Under the pieces are notes generated by a model that saw nothing but the letters and a program-made list of their open reading frames with translations, was not told the origin of the DNA and ran no database searches. A stretch of 62,157 nt of DNA, filler included, from Rhabdomonas costata (Eukaryota): the NCBI GenBank assembly GCA_019059605.1. It is 32 parts of 32 records of this genome, joined end to end, with 100 filler letters (N's around TTAATTAATTAA, not from the genome) between each part and the next. Parts side by side here need not be neighbours in the genome. Positions count along the whole stretch, not along the records: positions 48,658 to 50,500 come from JAHMHO010008312.1; positions 50,601 to 52,443 come from JAHMHO010008313.1; positions 52,544 to 54,386 come from JAHMHO010008314.1; positions 54,487 to 56,329 come from JAHMHO010008315.1; positions 56,430 to 58,272 come from JAHMHO010008316.1; positions 58,373 to 60,215 come from JAHMHO010008317.1; 26 more parts are not named here. One strand, 5' to 3'. Numbering within the stretch: the stretch's first letter is position 1; every line of letters begins with the position of its first letter. Made by a program: the position numbers and the translations under genes. Positions 48,717 through 60,216 of the stretch are shown piece by piece.

Positions 48717-50478
48717 CTGCGGAAGTGGTCGACTGCGCTCAAACCGAATGGGGAAGTTGGAGTACGTGTGGCCAAACGTGTGGTGGCGGCCTCTCGTTTC
48801 GCTCGCGCTCAACGATAACTTACCCTTCGGCACTAGGCTACCCAGCCGCATCCCAAAGCTGCTTCTGTGACACGATCATCGTGGCTGACGCCAGCTGCTC
48901 TGTCAGCTCCTCTGCCTGGACCTCGCTTGTGAGTTACTTAAGCGGGCTCGCGGGGCGGGTTTTTGGCAACAAGCTCGGCTTCATCTTTTTTGACGGTTCG
49001 GTGCACACTGGGTCTGGACTTCTCAGCCAGACCAGCTCCTTGCAGGTGCCTTTCTTTCGTGTGGCTGTTTTTTGGAAAAAAAAACTTTCCTTTCTGGCTC
49101 AATTTTTGTGCGGAAACAACCTCAACATGTGTGCAAATTTGGTCCAGAAGCGTTCATTTCAAATGTCATTTTTTTTGCTCAGGCATGGCTTACTGCGTAC
49201 GCTCCGTGCACCACGAACGACGCCACCTGCTGTGGGTCAGTGCTTGGCGATGCCCTCACCGCGGCTTGGTCAACCTTAGCTGCCGAAATGAGCGCCAACC
49301 CAACCCGATATCGGTGTAAAACCGTGATGACGATCACCAGTGTGCTTCCAAATCCTTATGACGTACAGTCCTTCTCGTACGTGGTGGGAAATTTGACCAC
49401 CGCTCACCCTGACTGGGGCCTGGTTGCCCTGGGAGTGGGCAGCAGCGTGGGCTCCTCGTTTCTCAACACCATTGCATCCACGGCAGATCAGATCTTCATG
49501 ATCCCCAGCTACAGTACGCTGACTGCCAACGCACCAAGCAACTTTTACAATTGCTCGACGTTCCCGCTGTCCTTGCCTGCGGCCAAGACGACCTGCGACT
49601 GTGACATTGTTCTGGTGGTGGACAGCGGCTGCTCCATCAGCACCAGCGACTGGCCAAACGTCCAAGCGTTTATGAGCAACATCATTGACCAGACCTCGAA
49701 CAACCGCATCGGCATTGTCTCCTTTGACGCCTCCTTCACCACTTTCCCCTTGACCAGCAATGGGAACAGTGTCAACAAGACGAACATCAAAAGGGCAGCC
49801 GCAAACATTGTCAAATGCGGTGGAACGACCCGCACAGGTTGCTGCCAAACAACGACCTATACCGCGCTGGATCTTGCTCGGCAGGTGTGTGACTGCTTTT
49901 TTTTTTTTTTTTGCGAAAACAAAAAAACAAGTCGGGCTCATGCCAAGCGTCATTAGCAGCCATTGGAAAGGTTATTCCCACTGAAAAAATGCGCTTCTGT
50001 CCTTTGCGTTTTCTGCTCAGATGTTTGAGACCGATGCAGCAGCGAACCCCACCCGCTCTGTGTGCCGAGCGGTGATAACTTTTACTGCTGGCTATCCTAC
50101 TGATAATTCCACTGCGACGGCCCTGCTGAACGCAGCGGTGGGCAGAATCACGGGAAGGTGTCCTTCCTCCCTTTTTCCTTATGCTCCATCTCACCTCCTT
50201 TCTCATTGTGCTTTGCCGTGGTGTGTCCCTTCACCGCAGGCATCCCCTGTGGGGCATGATTGCCGTCACCGTGGGCACCACTCAATCCGCACAGGCCCTG
50301 GCTGCCCTGGCAACATCCCCTGCAAACTTGATTGCTGTGCAGAGCTACAGCCTGCTTTCTCAGGTAACGCCTTTCCTCTCCAAGTGCCCACCCAGCGCCT
50401 CGGTGGACAGCAACTTCCCGCAGCCCATGCGCTGTGGGGCCTCGCGGCAAGCGAAGATCTGCAACACGGACTCCTGCG
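48717..50478 (+). CDS. TSP1 + tandem VWA adhesin-like protein (exons 48717-49045, 49183-49884, 50021-50157, 50240-50478)
   Basis: TSP1 DC..TEWGSWSTCGQTCGGG.S.R.R; VWA1 DTIIVADASCSV; VWA2 DIVLVVDSGCSI. All junctions are GT-AG and in frame, and the two VWA domains are mutually similar. Confidence 0.9.
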
Positions 50479-51231
50479 GTATATTCCCTGCGGTCTTTTT
50501 NNNNNNNNNNNNNNNNNNNNNNNNNNNNNNNNNNNNNNNNNNNNTTAATTAATTAANNNNNNNNNNNNNNNNNNNNNNNNNNNNNNNNNNNNNNNNNNNN
50601 GGGCTTGTCAACCTCCCGGATAGATCCATTACAACTCCCCTGCGCGGAGAGAAACAGAGAGATAAAGGAGAGAAAACCTAATCAATCCCAATCCCCAAAC
50701 TGTTCGCCGTGCCTCAGGAGAATGGGAGAAGTTGCCACTCCAATGTCGCGCCCGGAATAACCCCCGGATTGTTTTTTTCTGGTGCCTCTGCAAGTTGTGG
50801 ATGTGTTTTAGCCACCTGGTCCCACTTAGGAGAAAAAATACCTCAGCTGTACTTTTCAACCTGTCGTGATATCACGTTACAAGGTGAACTCAGAACACTT
50901 TTTTTTTGGCTTCAACAGAATGAAAACGCTAAAAAATGTCAAATACATCCATAAGGGCCAACCTAGCGGCAGTTTATAGGATTGGAAATTCGTAACATAT
51001 GAATTCTGAGTTTCGGGATGAAGCTTACCTTGGTTGCTATGACAGCCAAAATCAAGCGCCTGATATCAATTCTAATCCGACTCCACGCTGATGGGGCAGC
51101 TGCCCACGTGATCCTGACGCCATGACTTGAAGCTGGGTGCCGAGACGTTACCGATGTCGCGGGGGGACCTGACCCATGCATGAGCCTTACATTAACTTAG
51201 GACAGTGCTCGCCCCACCCCCCGGTACGCAC

Positions 51232-51359
51232 TTGGTGGCCTCGGCCTGCCGCTGTAAGGCAGTGGTCTGCTCGACCAGCTGGGCCTCCATCTGGGCCCAC
51301 CGCTGCCCCCAAAGCTCCTCCACCTGGGACCACAGCTGCTGCTGCACCCCTGTGACCTC
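51232..51359 (-). CDS. Coiled-coil exon, hypothetical protein
   Basis: cag|EVTGVQQQLWSQVEELWGQRWAQMEAQLVEQTTALQRQAEAT..|gtgcg. Confidence 0.55.
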
Positions 51360-52613
51360 CTGCGACGCAAGTCAGCCACCACACATACAGGAACAAGTCG
51401 ATGACAAAGCAAAAATAGTACATGCAACCTGCCTACCAATGTAAAGCAACGTACCACGTACCTCAGGCCTGTGTAGAACAGACGGCGGCAGCTCAACATA
51501 AAGCAAAACTCGAAAATCTCGGAAGATGTGTGTGTGTGTGTGTGCGCGCGCGCGCTACAGAGAACACAGAGAACGAATAGTGCACGAAAATGAAGTTCGA
51601 CCCACAAATTGGTTTCGCATAACGGATACGGTTGTCCGCTTTCTTAAGGGGATTGGGAAGGCAATCGCACAAAAAAGAGGTGGTTTGTAGTCAACGTCAC
51701 ACCGCTTTTAGCGCGGATGTCAGCTGAAGATATAGCTGCTTAATCTGCACATCAGCGAAAGCAACCTGAAGACATGAGAAACCACGCACGACGTGGTGAC
51801 ACAGAAAGAGAGAGGAGAGAAGAAGCCCTCCAACGCATTACAAACTATAACTTCAAAGTACCCGGGGAGGGGTCCGAGATTGACCCGCTCTCCTTGAGGT
51901 CATCGAGAAAGAAGATCTGTGCCAGCCGTGGGGGGGGGGGGAGCGGTTGTCACAGGAACGACACGTGAATGGAACAAGATGATACACCAACTCATTCATC
52001 AAGATTCTATACGACATAATGGCGGTATACGGAATAGAGCCGTGATATGGCATACGGTAAGGTGAAGGGCGAAATTAAACTGAGGCCCCCACCACCAAAA
52101 ACAAGTGAATACGCTTCCCTTTGACTCAAATCACTGTGGGACCCAAATCTACGTTCCCGCATCAGCCGCCCGCTCCGGCAGCGCCACATACTGGCTTCTG
52201 CGGCCGGCCTCTTCCCCTGAAATAATGCCCGCGCCAACTCAAAACGATTTCGGACTCCTGGAGCGGAAAAGTGGTCTAAAAACCACGCTTTTTCGCTGCC
52301 TATCAGTTCGAAAGAGCCTTTTGCATGCGAATTCTCACTTGTGACCTGACGCGGAGCATATACACTGTGCACTGTGCACTGTGCACTTGTTTGCACAAGC
52401 CCCGCAAACGAACAAGTTCCCACCAAATGAATGCCAAAACAAANNNNNNNNNNNNNNNNNNNNNNNNNNNNNNNNNNNNNNNNNNNNTTAATTAATTAAN
52501 NNNNNNNNNNNNNNNNNNNNNNNNNNNNNNNNNNNNNNNNNNNTGTGTGGGGGTGTTCGCCAGCAGACCGGACACTGCTGGAGCGATATCCAGGGAGAAG
52601 AAAACATCTGCAC

Positions 52614-53223
52614 GGTGAGAAGAGTTGTTCAGCGACCGTTCGCAGCAATGAAACGCTTCCCAGAGAAAGCCAGACAGCTGGGCATCATTGTCAGAGCTCA
52701 TCAGCACGCACGTGTATCGTGTAAAAGACAGCGCAAGCCTCTGGAAACCCCATATGTGGGACACTTCGTCCAGCCTCTTGACGTCAAAGGAGGTATCCAA
52801 TTTGCAGCCAGAGGGCGTTGGAGCGAGACAAATCACAATTACGATGGCCTGAGAATTCATCAAGCATGTTGAACGAAGCTGAAGGCGCGCGTTGGCTGCG
52901 CTCTGGCGACGATGCTGCTCAGCCGATGCCTGCGCCGAGCATTTCTTCAGGTGACGGGCGATGGCTGGTGGTACTAAGGTCTGCAACAGAGCTGCCGTTT
53001 GGGCCTGCTCCCTCTCGCGAACCGACTGCAGTTCCTTCAGCGTCAGCAGCCATCCGTATAAGTTCCTGGTCATCCGCTCACTAGCGTATATCCAAGCGGC
53101 AATGACTGACCACCACATTAGCAAGACACTGACACTTGGCACAGGGTAATACAAGAGCACCCTCCACAACGCGTTGACAGCGGGGGCGAGGCACATCAAC
53201 CAGAGCGATTGCCGTGCAGGAAT
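52614..53223 (-). CDS. Multi-pass membrane adenylate/guanylate cyclase-like protein, degenerate catalytic start
   Basis: TM helices, then ERMTRNLY...EREQAQTAALLQTLVPPAIARHLK, the signalling helix/LL..LLP..IA..LK linker that precedes class III cyclase domains. Confidence 0.6.
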
Positions 53224-54002
53224 CTGTGCACGCACGGCCAAAGCATGCCGTCATCAAAAATGTAAACTGAAAAGTGAAGTTCGTTTGTAAAAAACGTGTA
53301 AGTGATTCGGAAAACGCGCACCTGGCTTGTAATCATGCACAAAAAACCACAAAAGTAGGGAACGACCTGAGATGAGTCAGTAAGAAATAAGATTCGTATT
53401 AATTTGCTCTCAGCAACACCAATTTCGTAACAGACTCGTCACACACCGCGAAATTGTTCTGATGTACTCCAGACACCTTGGTAACGGATTGCTGTGTCAC
53501 CATTCCGGTAAAAACCACCACGTGGAAGATCTCCCCACGGAGAAAATTTCCCCCGACCGCCGAGCAAGACGGCTACAAAACCTCACAGAAAACGCACTAG
53601 GAAGCTAGGGTATACGAAAGGACCTGGGATCACCCAGGCTCCGCTGCTCTCCGCGGCTATCCTGCTATCCTGGACAAAGTTCTACGGGGTACGTTCATCA
53701 CCTCCAGACGGCATAAAAATCTCTTATTGGAATCCCATAGAGAAGGTGCAATTATATATTGGGATCCCAGTGCATCACCAAAAAACCCCATGCAATTCAT
53801 ATACTTCATTGACCAGGGAAAATTTTTCTCTTTGGGGAGTTTTTCCCACTTAGCTCCCGTTCGTTTCCGCCGCCCACCTTTATTTTGTTCTGATTACTGC
53901 GTGCAGAAACAGAGACCGTTCTGCGCGCCGCTTGCTGTTCGTCGTTTGTAATACTCTTATGATTAACAGGAAGAATCCGAGGTACACGTCCAACCTTATC
54001 TC

Positions 54003-54215
54003 TTAGCAGCAAAGTGGCCACTGTGGGACTGCAGTTGTCGGCGGCCTGAGCGGCCTGGAGGGCCTCTGTGGCCCGGCGCCGCGCCGTGGCCTCCACACAG
54101 AGTTGGGCCTCCAGCCGGGCCAGTTGACCCTGCTGCAGCCCGATCGTGTACTGCAGCGTCCGCAGCAGCCCGTCCTTCTGCGCCCCATCGGCACGAAGCT
54201 GCGCGTATCGGTTGG
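54003..54215 (-). CDS. Probable terminal coiled-coil exon of a separate hypothetical gene
   Basis: GC3-rich stretch reading ...DGQKTGCCG in the ORF track frame, but with coiled-coil text (LLRTLQYTIGLQQGQLARLEAQLCVEATARRRATEALQAAQAA) in another frame. Boundaries are uncertain. Confidence 0.4.
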   Translation of the reverse strand, partial: PTDTRSFVPMGRRRTGCCGRCSTRSGCSRVNWPGWRPNSVWRPRRGAGPQRPSRPLRPPTTAVPQWPLCC

Positions 54216-56593
54216 AGGGTCGAGCGGCAAAGGGCTCATGCCTAAACCCAAGCGGGGTGCTGCTTATAAACAGCGGTCTATCTGACTGTCTGGCTGTGAA
54301 GGCGGGCCTTCCGGATCGAGTTCACCTAAGGCCGTTCACATTTTCCCGGCTCAGCTGTAGATGCAAGAGATTTAAATGACCACAAANNNNNNNNNNNNNN
54401 NNNNNNNNNNNNNNNNNNNNNNNNNNNNNNTTAATTAATTAANNNNNNNNNNNNNNNNNNNNNNNNNNNNNNNNNNNNNNNNNNNNTGTGGGTTGTGAGC
54501 TGTGCTTCTGTGATGTCTTTTGTCAGTTCCAGGCCCGCATATGGGAACGGAAGAGTCAACCCTGGAAGTTGAGAAAATTGGTGAGATTTGCAAACTTCAA
54601 CCTCTTCTAGTAGTACACGGCTGTTGCTTTCTCTTTGGATTTCGTATGATATAGACACAGCAGGTTGCGTGTTGATTTCTTGGTATTCTACAGTCCTGGC
54701 AGAGAAATCCGGTTTTTCGGGGTTTTGTGTTATTTCGTTTTGCGTTATTGTCGGTCATTATTGTGGGAGGGGTGTTTCTTTTACAAAGATGAACTTTCAA
54801 AATGGGAAATTTTTTGTGCGTTTTTCGAATATGTTTTTGTTGTCAGCTCCATTTTTGTTTTGTTGGTTGATATCATGGACGTGATGACTCCTAGAGCTTT
54901 CCTCACTCTGAAGGCCGCTCTTTCCACTGTGGATGACCTTTTATTGGCACAGCAATGGACTGATGAGTTGACTGCCTTTCTGGTCCGATCTCTGGCTGGG
55001 GTGCGTTCTGTCTCTGAACGTGTTGGTTTTCCTTGCAGGCTCTTGGGTGGCTTCACGTTCGCTGGTACTAATGATGGATTGTGGTGGGTGTTCGAAAGAC
55101 CTTTTCTGGTAACGTTATGCCTACTTTACCATTGGGGCTTCATACCAGGGATCGGTTTTCTTTTCTCAGGATTCGCCACTTGCAGCCGAGCTTCAGATCG
55201 AGCTTCTCCTGCTGACATTGAAGCGCTCGCTTGCTGCAGGTTCTCGAATGATTCAGTCTTTGGTAGGGAGCATCGCGCCATGGAACAGCAAATGCAGCTT
55301 CTTGGATTCGAACATAAAAAAATTAGCATGTTTTGGAGAAACACAAAGCTATGCACACCGGGTTGTACCGAGGTGCCTTCCACCGTGTCGATGGCGAAAT
55401 GTTGTGTGGGGCTTTGCAGGGTTGTTGGAAGTTCCCGTAGCAGCGGGCGAAAGGGGCGGCTTTGCTGGACTACAATAAAGTATTTGGAGTTTAGCGAATG
55501 AGCAATTTTTGGTCAGTTTGAAACGCTTTGTTGGGTTATAGGCACGCACGTTCCTTGCAACTGCAACGGACGATTTGAGGATTGTGTTTTCTTTTTTCTT
55601 TTTTCTTTTTCTTTTTTTTTTCAGGTAAAGCAGATAGTCACATTTGCAGCTTGATGTGGGGTCTTCTGCCCGATATTTTCGGGGATTTCAGCTGTGCCGA
55701 GTGTCTTCAGGTCCTTTCTCGCTTTTGGATTGTGTTACATCACAAGCACAGTCTTTTTTTGGCATATCCTACACAGCATAAGCACAGACTTCTTATCGCC
55801 TTTTTCAGGAGTCAACTGAACTTTGCCTGTGCACCTACTTCCGCTTACTCTCAGCTCTTTGGAAGCGGTCGACACTGAACCCTGATATTGTCATTCCGCA
55901 AAAAGCACAGAGGTTTGCGCTGGTTGCTTGTGCTGCTGAAGCTGCAGTATCCACTGTTTTTGCAGAACCAACCCGAACCGCCATTTTTTCGCTCTCGGCT
56001 AATTGTGAATTTGAAGTTTTCCAAGGCATTCTCGCAGGTGCACGCGAGCAAAGTGCAGCAGGATATCTGGTATGAAATTTACCCTTTGATTTAGTGCAAA
56101 TAAGATTTGGGAACGCGACGAGAATAAGAGCTGAGTGGCATATACAGATGTGGTAAAGATGTCCACTGCAAACCCTCCTTAGCATATATTTCTAGATCCC
56201 GAAAGAACGTTGGATGGTATTGTACGTGTGACTTGGAGGGGGCAGTAACACAACGATGACACTTCGCTTGTCCTTTCATTTAATGCACCAAAGCGGGATT
56301 TAGTTCCCCATTAAACACCACCAACCAACNNNNNNNNNNNNNNNNNNNNNNNNNNNNNNNNNNNNNNNNNNNNTTAATTAATTAANNNNNNNNNNNNNNN
56401 NNNNNNNNNNNNNNNNNNNNNNNNNNNNNGGTTTTTGGGAAAGAGGATTTTATGTTCCTTGGTACATGGTACACCGGCAGGATGCCCGTGTGAGTCTCTC
56501 AGTGACTCCGGGACTTCGTGGGGCTGCTCGTCCCCGATCCTTGCTGAATCCAGCCAGTGGATTTATTACCTGCATGTCTTAAATGCACGTCAG

Positions 56594-57850
56594 GTGCTGC
56601 TGAACGGCACGGACCCGGATCTGCCCACTATGCCCCAAGCCCTGCGGTGGACCGTGCTCAGCCTTCCCACGGGGGGCCTGCTCCACAACACCTCCGCCTC
56701 CGCTTCCCCGCTGGCGGGGAACTCCAGCTTCCCTTTGGGGGCCTCGGTTTGGTACGAGGGTGTTGTGGACCCGGTCGCTCCGCGGTGCGGGCCGCAGTTC
56801 CAGGACAGCTTTGCTGTGAAGCTATGCGACGACATGGGCCTGTGCGATGGGGAGAGGGTGGTGACGGTCGCGGGGATGGTCTGCACGAGCTGTCCCGCAC
56901 CGTTCGTGCTCAATCACGCGGTTTGTGTGTGTGTATCTGTGACTCCCGTGCTTTCTCGCTCTGTCACTTATGGTCTATTCCGGGCGGACAGAACCCGCGC
57001 TGTCTTTGCAGGTTGTGCACCTGACGAAGCTTGTCCTTTTTGTTGTGATTTTCCGTGGTCTTTTCCCGGCGGAAAGGACTAGAACAAAATGTTTGTGTGT
57101 GTGAATAAGTAGAGTGGGCGAGCGCAGAGGGTTGGAGCTCCCAAGAACTGCGATGTCGTGAGCCATTGAGGGTTCCCAGGAACCGCCGCCCAGCAGCAGC
57201 GGGGTGATTGGTAACCCCGACAAGGGGCCAGGCTGCGGGAGAGTATTTGAAATCCAGCTGGAAGCAGAAAGACCTCCACCATTACAAGCCTTGTGCACAT
57301 AATATGAGTCTTCACCAGAAACGTTCCCTTGACGTCAAGTGGGCAAAGTTTGTAAGTGTGCGGACCACAGCCAGGTGCCGGCTCGTCTGGAAGTTGGGAA
57401 AATAACGAGGAAACAGACGGAATGCAGTGCAGTTCTCAGGGATCTGTGGGTCAGCCTTGGGCAGGAGAAACTGATTTTTATCGCCTTGAAAATGAGCAAA
57501 GTGTTATGTACTTTCGTCTCATTGTCGAAAAATTATCGAACTTTTGCGAAAAAAATACAAGACGTGGGCCAAGCATTTTTGCCGGAAAAAGGCTCGCAAC
57601 TCTTTCTGTGGCCCGCAGGGAGGCTGCGAGGCCTGTGCGCGGACCCTTGTGTACGACGGCACGACGGTGCCTCCGCAGTGTGTGGTACCCGTGCCCTCGC
57701 TGTGGTGGATCGGGCTGGCCGTCGCGCTGCCCGCAGTCTTTGTCGCGGTGCTGGGGTTTTCGTACTTGGTGCGGGTGCTGCGGCAGCGACAGGCGCGGGC
57801 CCGGATCTTCGCCAGCGTGCCCCAAGGGGAGGTCACCTTCGCCTTCACTG
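56594..57850 (+). CDS. Receptor-type (single-pass) adenylate cyclase-like protein, partial (exons 56594-56920, 57619-57850)
   Basis: Ig/cadherin-like module (LNGTDPD...LRWTVLSLPTGGLL...DSFAVKLCD), Cys-rich linker, TM LWWIGLAVALPAVFVAVLGFSYLV, basic stop-transfer, then VPQGEVTFAFT (P.G.VT..FTD cyclase start). The next exon was not identified. Confidence 0.7.
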
Positions 57851-60006
57851 GTGTGTGTGTTTGTGTGGGGGCGCACCGCGATCATGTCTTTTTGTTGGTC
57901 AGAAGGAGATGGTCTGAGAGCCCCAGGCCGAGCCACCGTACAGAGAGAAGTAAAAGGACCTAACCGTGGAGGCCATCCCCTAGAAGCTGATGTGTTGGGT
58001 GAATCCCCCCAAAAAAAAACTCCAAACGAATTTGTGCCTTGTGCATCCGGTGTGACCCTTCCCAGCCGTCAGCACAAGTTTCGCCACGGACCGAGACTCC
58101 GGCCAGTGAAGCGCGCCCAGGCAATTCATGTCCCCAACCTGAGGCACCTGCTGGCCCCCATGTTCCGCAGGGGAAGTCCTTGTTGGGATGGGCGGGCCGG
58201 AGTAGCCTTCACCATCACGCCTGAGCGAGACCGTAAATTAAGGATTTGAGCCGACTTCGGTGCCACACAACANNNNNNNNNNNNNNNNNNNNNNNNNNNN
58301 NNNNNNNNNNNNNNNNTTAATTAATTAANNNNNNNNNNNNNNNNNNNNNNNNNNNNNNNNNNNNNNNNNNNNGGGGGGGGTTGTAGGCGGCGTGCACCAA
58401 ATCGGACTCACACAACTTTATTCTCGTAGAATTCACCATCCAGATGAGACCTTTGCCCCCGCGGTCATTTAAGGGAAATCAATATGAAATCTCTGCCCAC
58501 CAGTGGGACGACCAAAAATGGAGACAATGTTCCCCAATTCCCACTCCAGAAGCAAGTGGTTACGTTGGCAGGTAATGATGACTGGTTACATTCGCACGAA
58601 ATTCTATATTTCTTTTTAGGGTCGTAGTCGTTTCATTAGTGACAAGAGTTGCTTCCGTACCAAATCGATGAGTATCAAGCAAGCTGGTGGTGCGGTGATC
58701 TTGGTTTAACAATCTCATGCTTAGTACAGTGTGCCAGGAGTTACAACGTTTCTACTGTCTTCTGATTATCTACACAATTGTGTCCATGGCAATTTTGTAG
58801 TATCACGTCACTGGACGTATATGACTTTTATTTTAACTTAAGTGGCTTGGGTGATGCTAGCGCTCCTAAAATATACTGGTAGCCAAGAACCAGCCCGTGA
58901 AGGGCCTGAGCCTGGAACACGGTCTGGTAGGCATCTGATCACGGCGTACTATCCTGTGGTCCATCAGAAAAATTGTCACCACTCGCCACCACTCTCCGCA
59001 ATTATCAGCAGCCATGAAAGAGAGGACTACATGGTGTCCTCGCGTGGAAAAAAAAGCAGCGACAGCGCATTTAAAAAGCTGCCTGGTGTTCAAATTAGTA
59101 GCATCCACGTAAGGTGGAAGTCTAAAAAACAATTTCATCTTCCATGCAAGTCCACTTTCCACTTTTGGACACCGTATCGCTGTGCAACAGTCCAAAACTC
59201 AATCAACTGACAAAAGGAGCCCCCCTCAAAGTGCCTACCTTGTTGAAGAAGTCCACGACTGCAATCTGCACAAGAAAGAGAGTGCAAGGGGGAAGGAGGT
59301 ACAGAAGAGCTGTCCCACAGGAAGCAACAGCGGAGGCGCGGGAGGTTGGGTCTGCTATAAACGTATCCTCGATCATCTGTGATGAGTGATATTTTCCCAA
59401 TTAAAGGGAAGGGAGGGACACCTCTGTGGTGGACAGTACAGACTGAAACCTCTAATGGCCCCCCTGGGAAGCTGGGGGAGGGGGGGGGAGGTGCCCACTG
59501 CTCGGACTCCTTGCTGGATCACTCACACACTATCTTCTTTCTCAAGTTCATGGTGACTGATGAATGGGATCTGGCAAAGAAGGCACGATTTGGGGACGGG
59601 CACGAATCAGTGGGATGAACCAAACACACACACATACACCCAAAGGAAAACCCACAGCGTCGTTTCCGCAAGAGGAGGCCAGAGCCCCCCCCCCCAAGAA
59701 AAAAAGTGCAGAGTCTCAGAGACCGCAGCAGCCAAGGAGCAGGGTAGGTAACCGGTGGAAATTGATAGACAGCGCGACAAAGATGCGGAACTGTAGGGGC
59801 AGAAGGGGGGTCACCCCATGTGGAACAATCGGAGGAGAGCCGGTCCTCCACGGCACCGTCCGCTCCCAATTCCCTTTCTGGAGCACAGCGCGTGCGTCCT
59901 TCAGACCGCCGCGGTTGAAAACATTCAGTCTGGCAACAGCCAGCGCGCAAAGCGCCCAACTCACGCACACGCACGCATGCATCCCACACCCACACACTCA
60001 CACACC

Positions 60007-60216
60007 TGCACGAGGTCGATGAGTACCCTCAGGAACCCTGCGAACACGAACCTCTTGCTCCCGCACTCCCAAGGCAGGAGGTAGATCCACTCCGCCAGCT
60101 CATGGAACGGGCTACGTTCCCCCATGGCCAGCTCAAACCCCGGCAGTACCAGCCCCCCAAGCAGCCGAGACACCACCACACAGGCAATCCAGGCCGCCAG
60201 CTGGGCCCCCCAACCN
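60007..60216 (-). CDS. Hypothetical membrane protein exon
   Basis: QLAAWIACVVVSRLLGGLVLPGFE...AGFLRVLIDLVQ|gtgtg, GC3-rich. Confidence 0.5.

Noticed and set aside
54665..55501. 278-aa ORF
   Set aside because: It is a T-rich, intron-like read-through. It may include real exons, but no family or consistent splice model could be supported.
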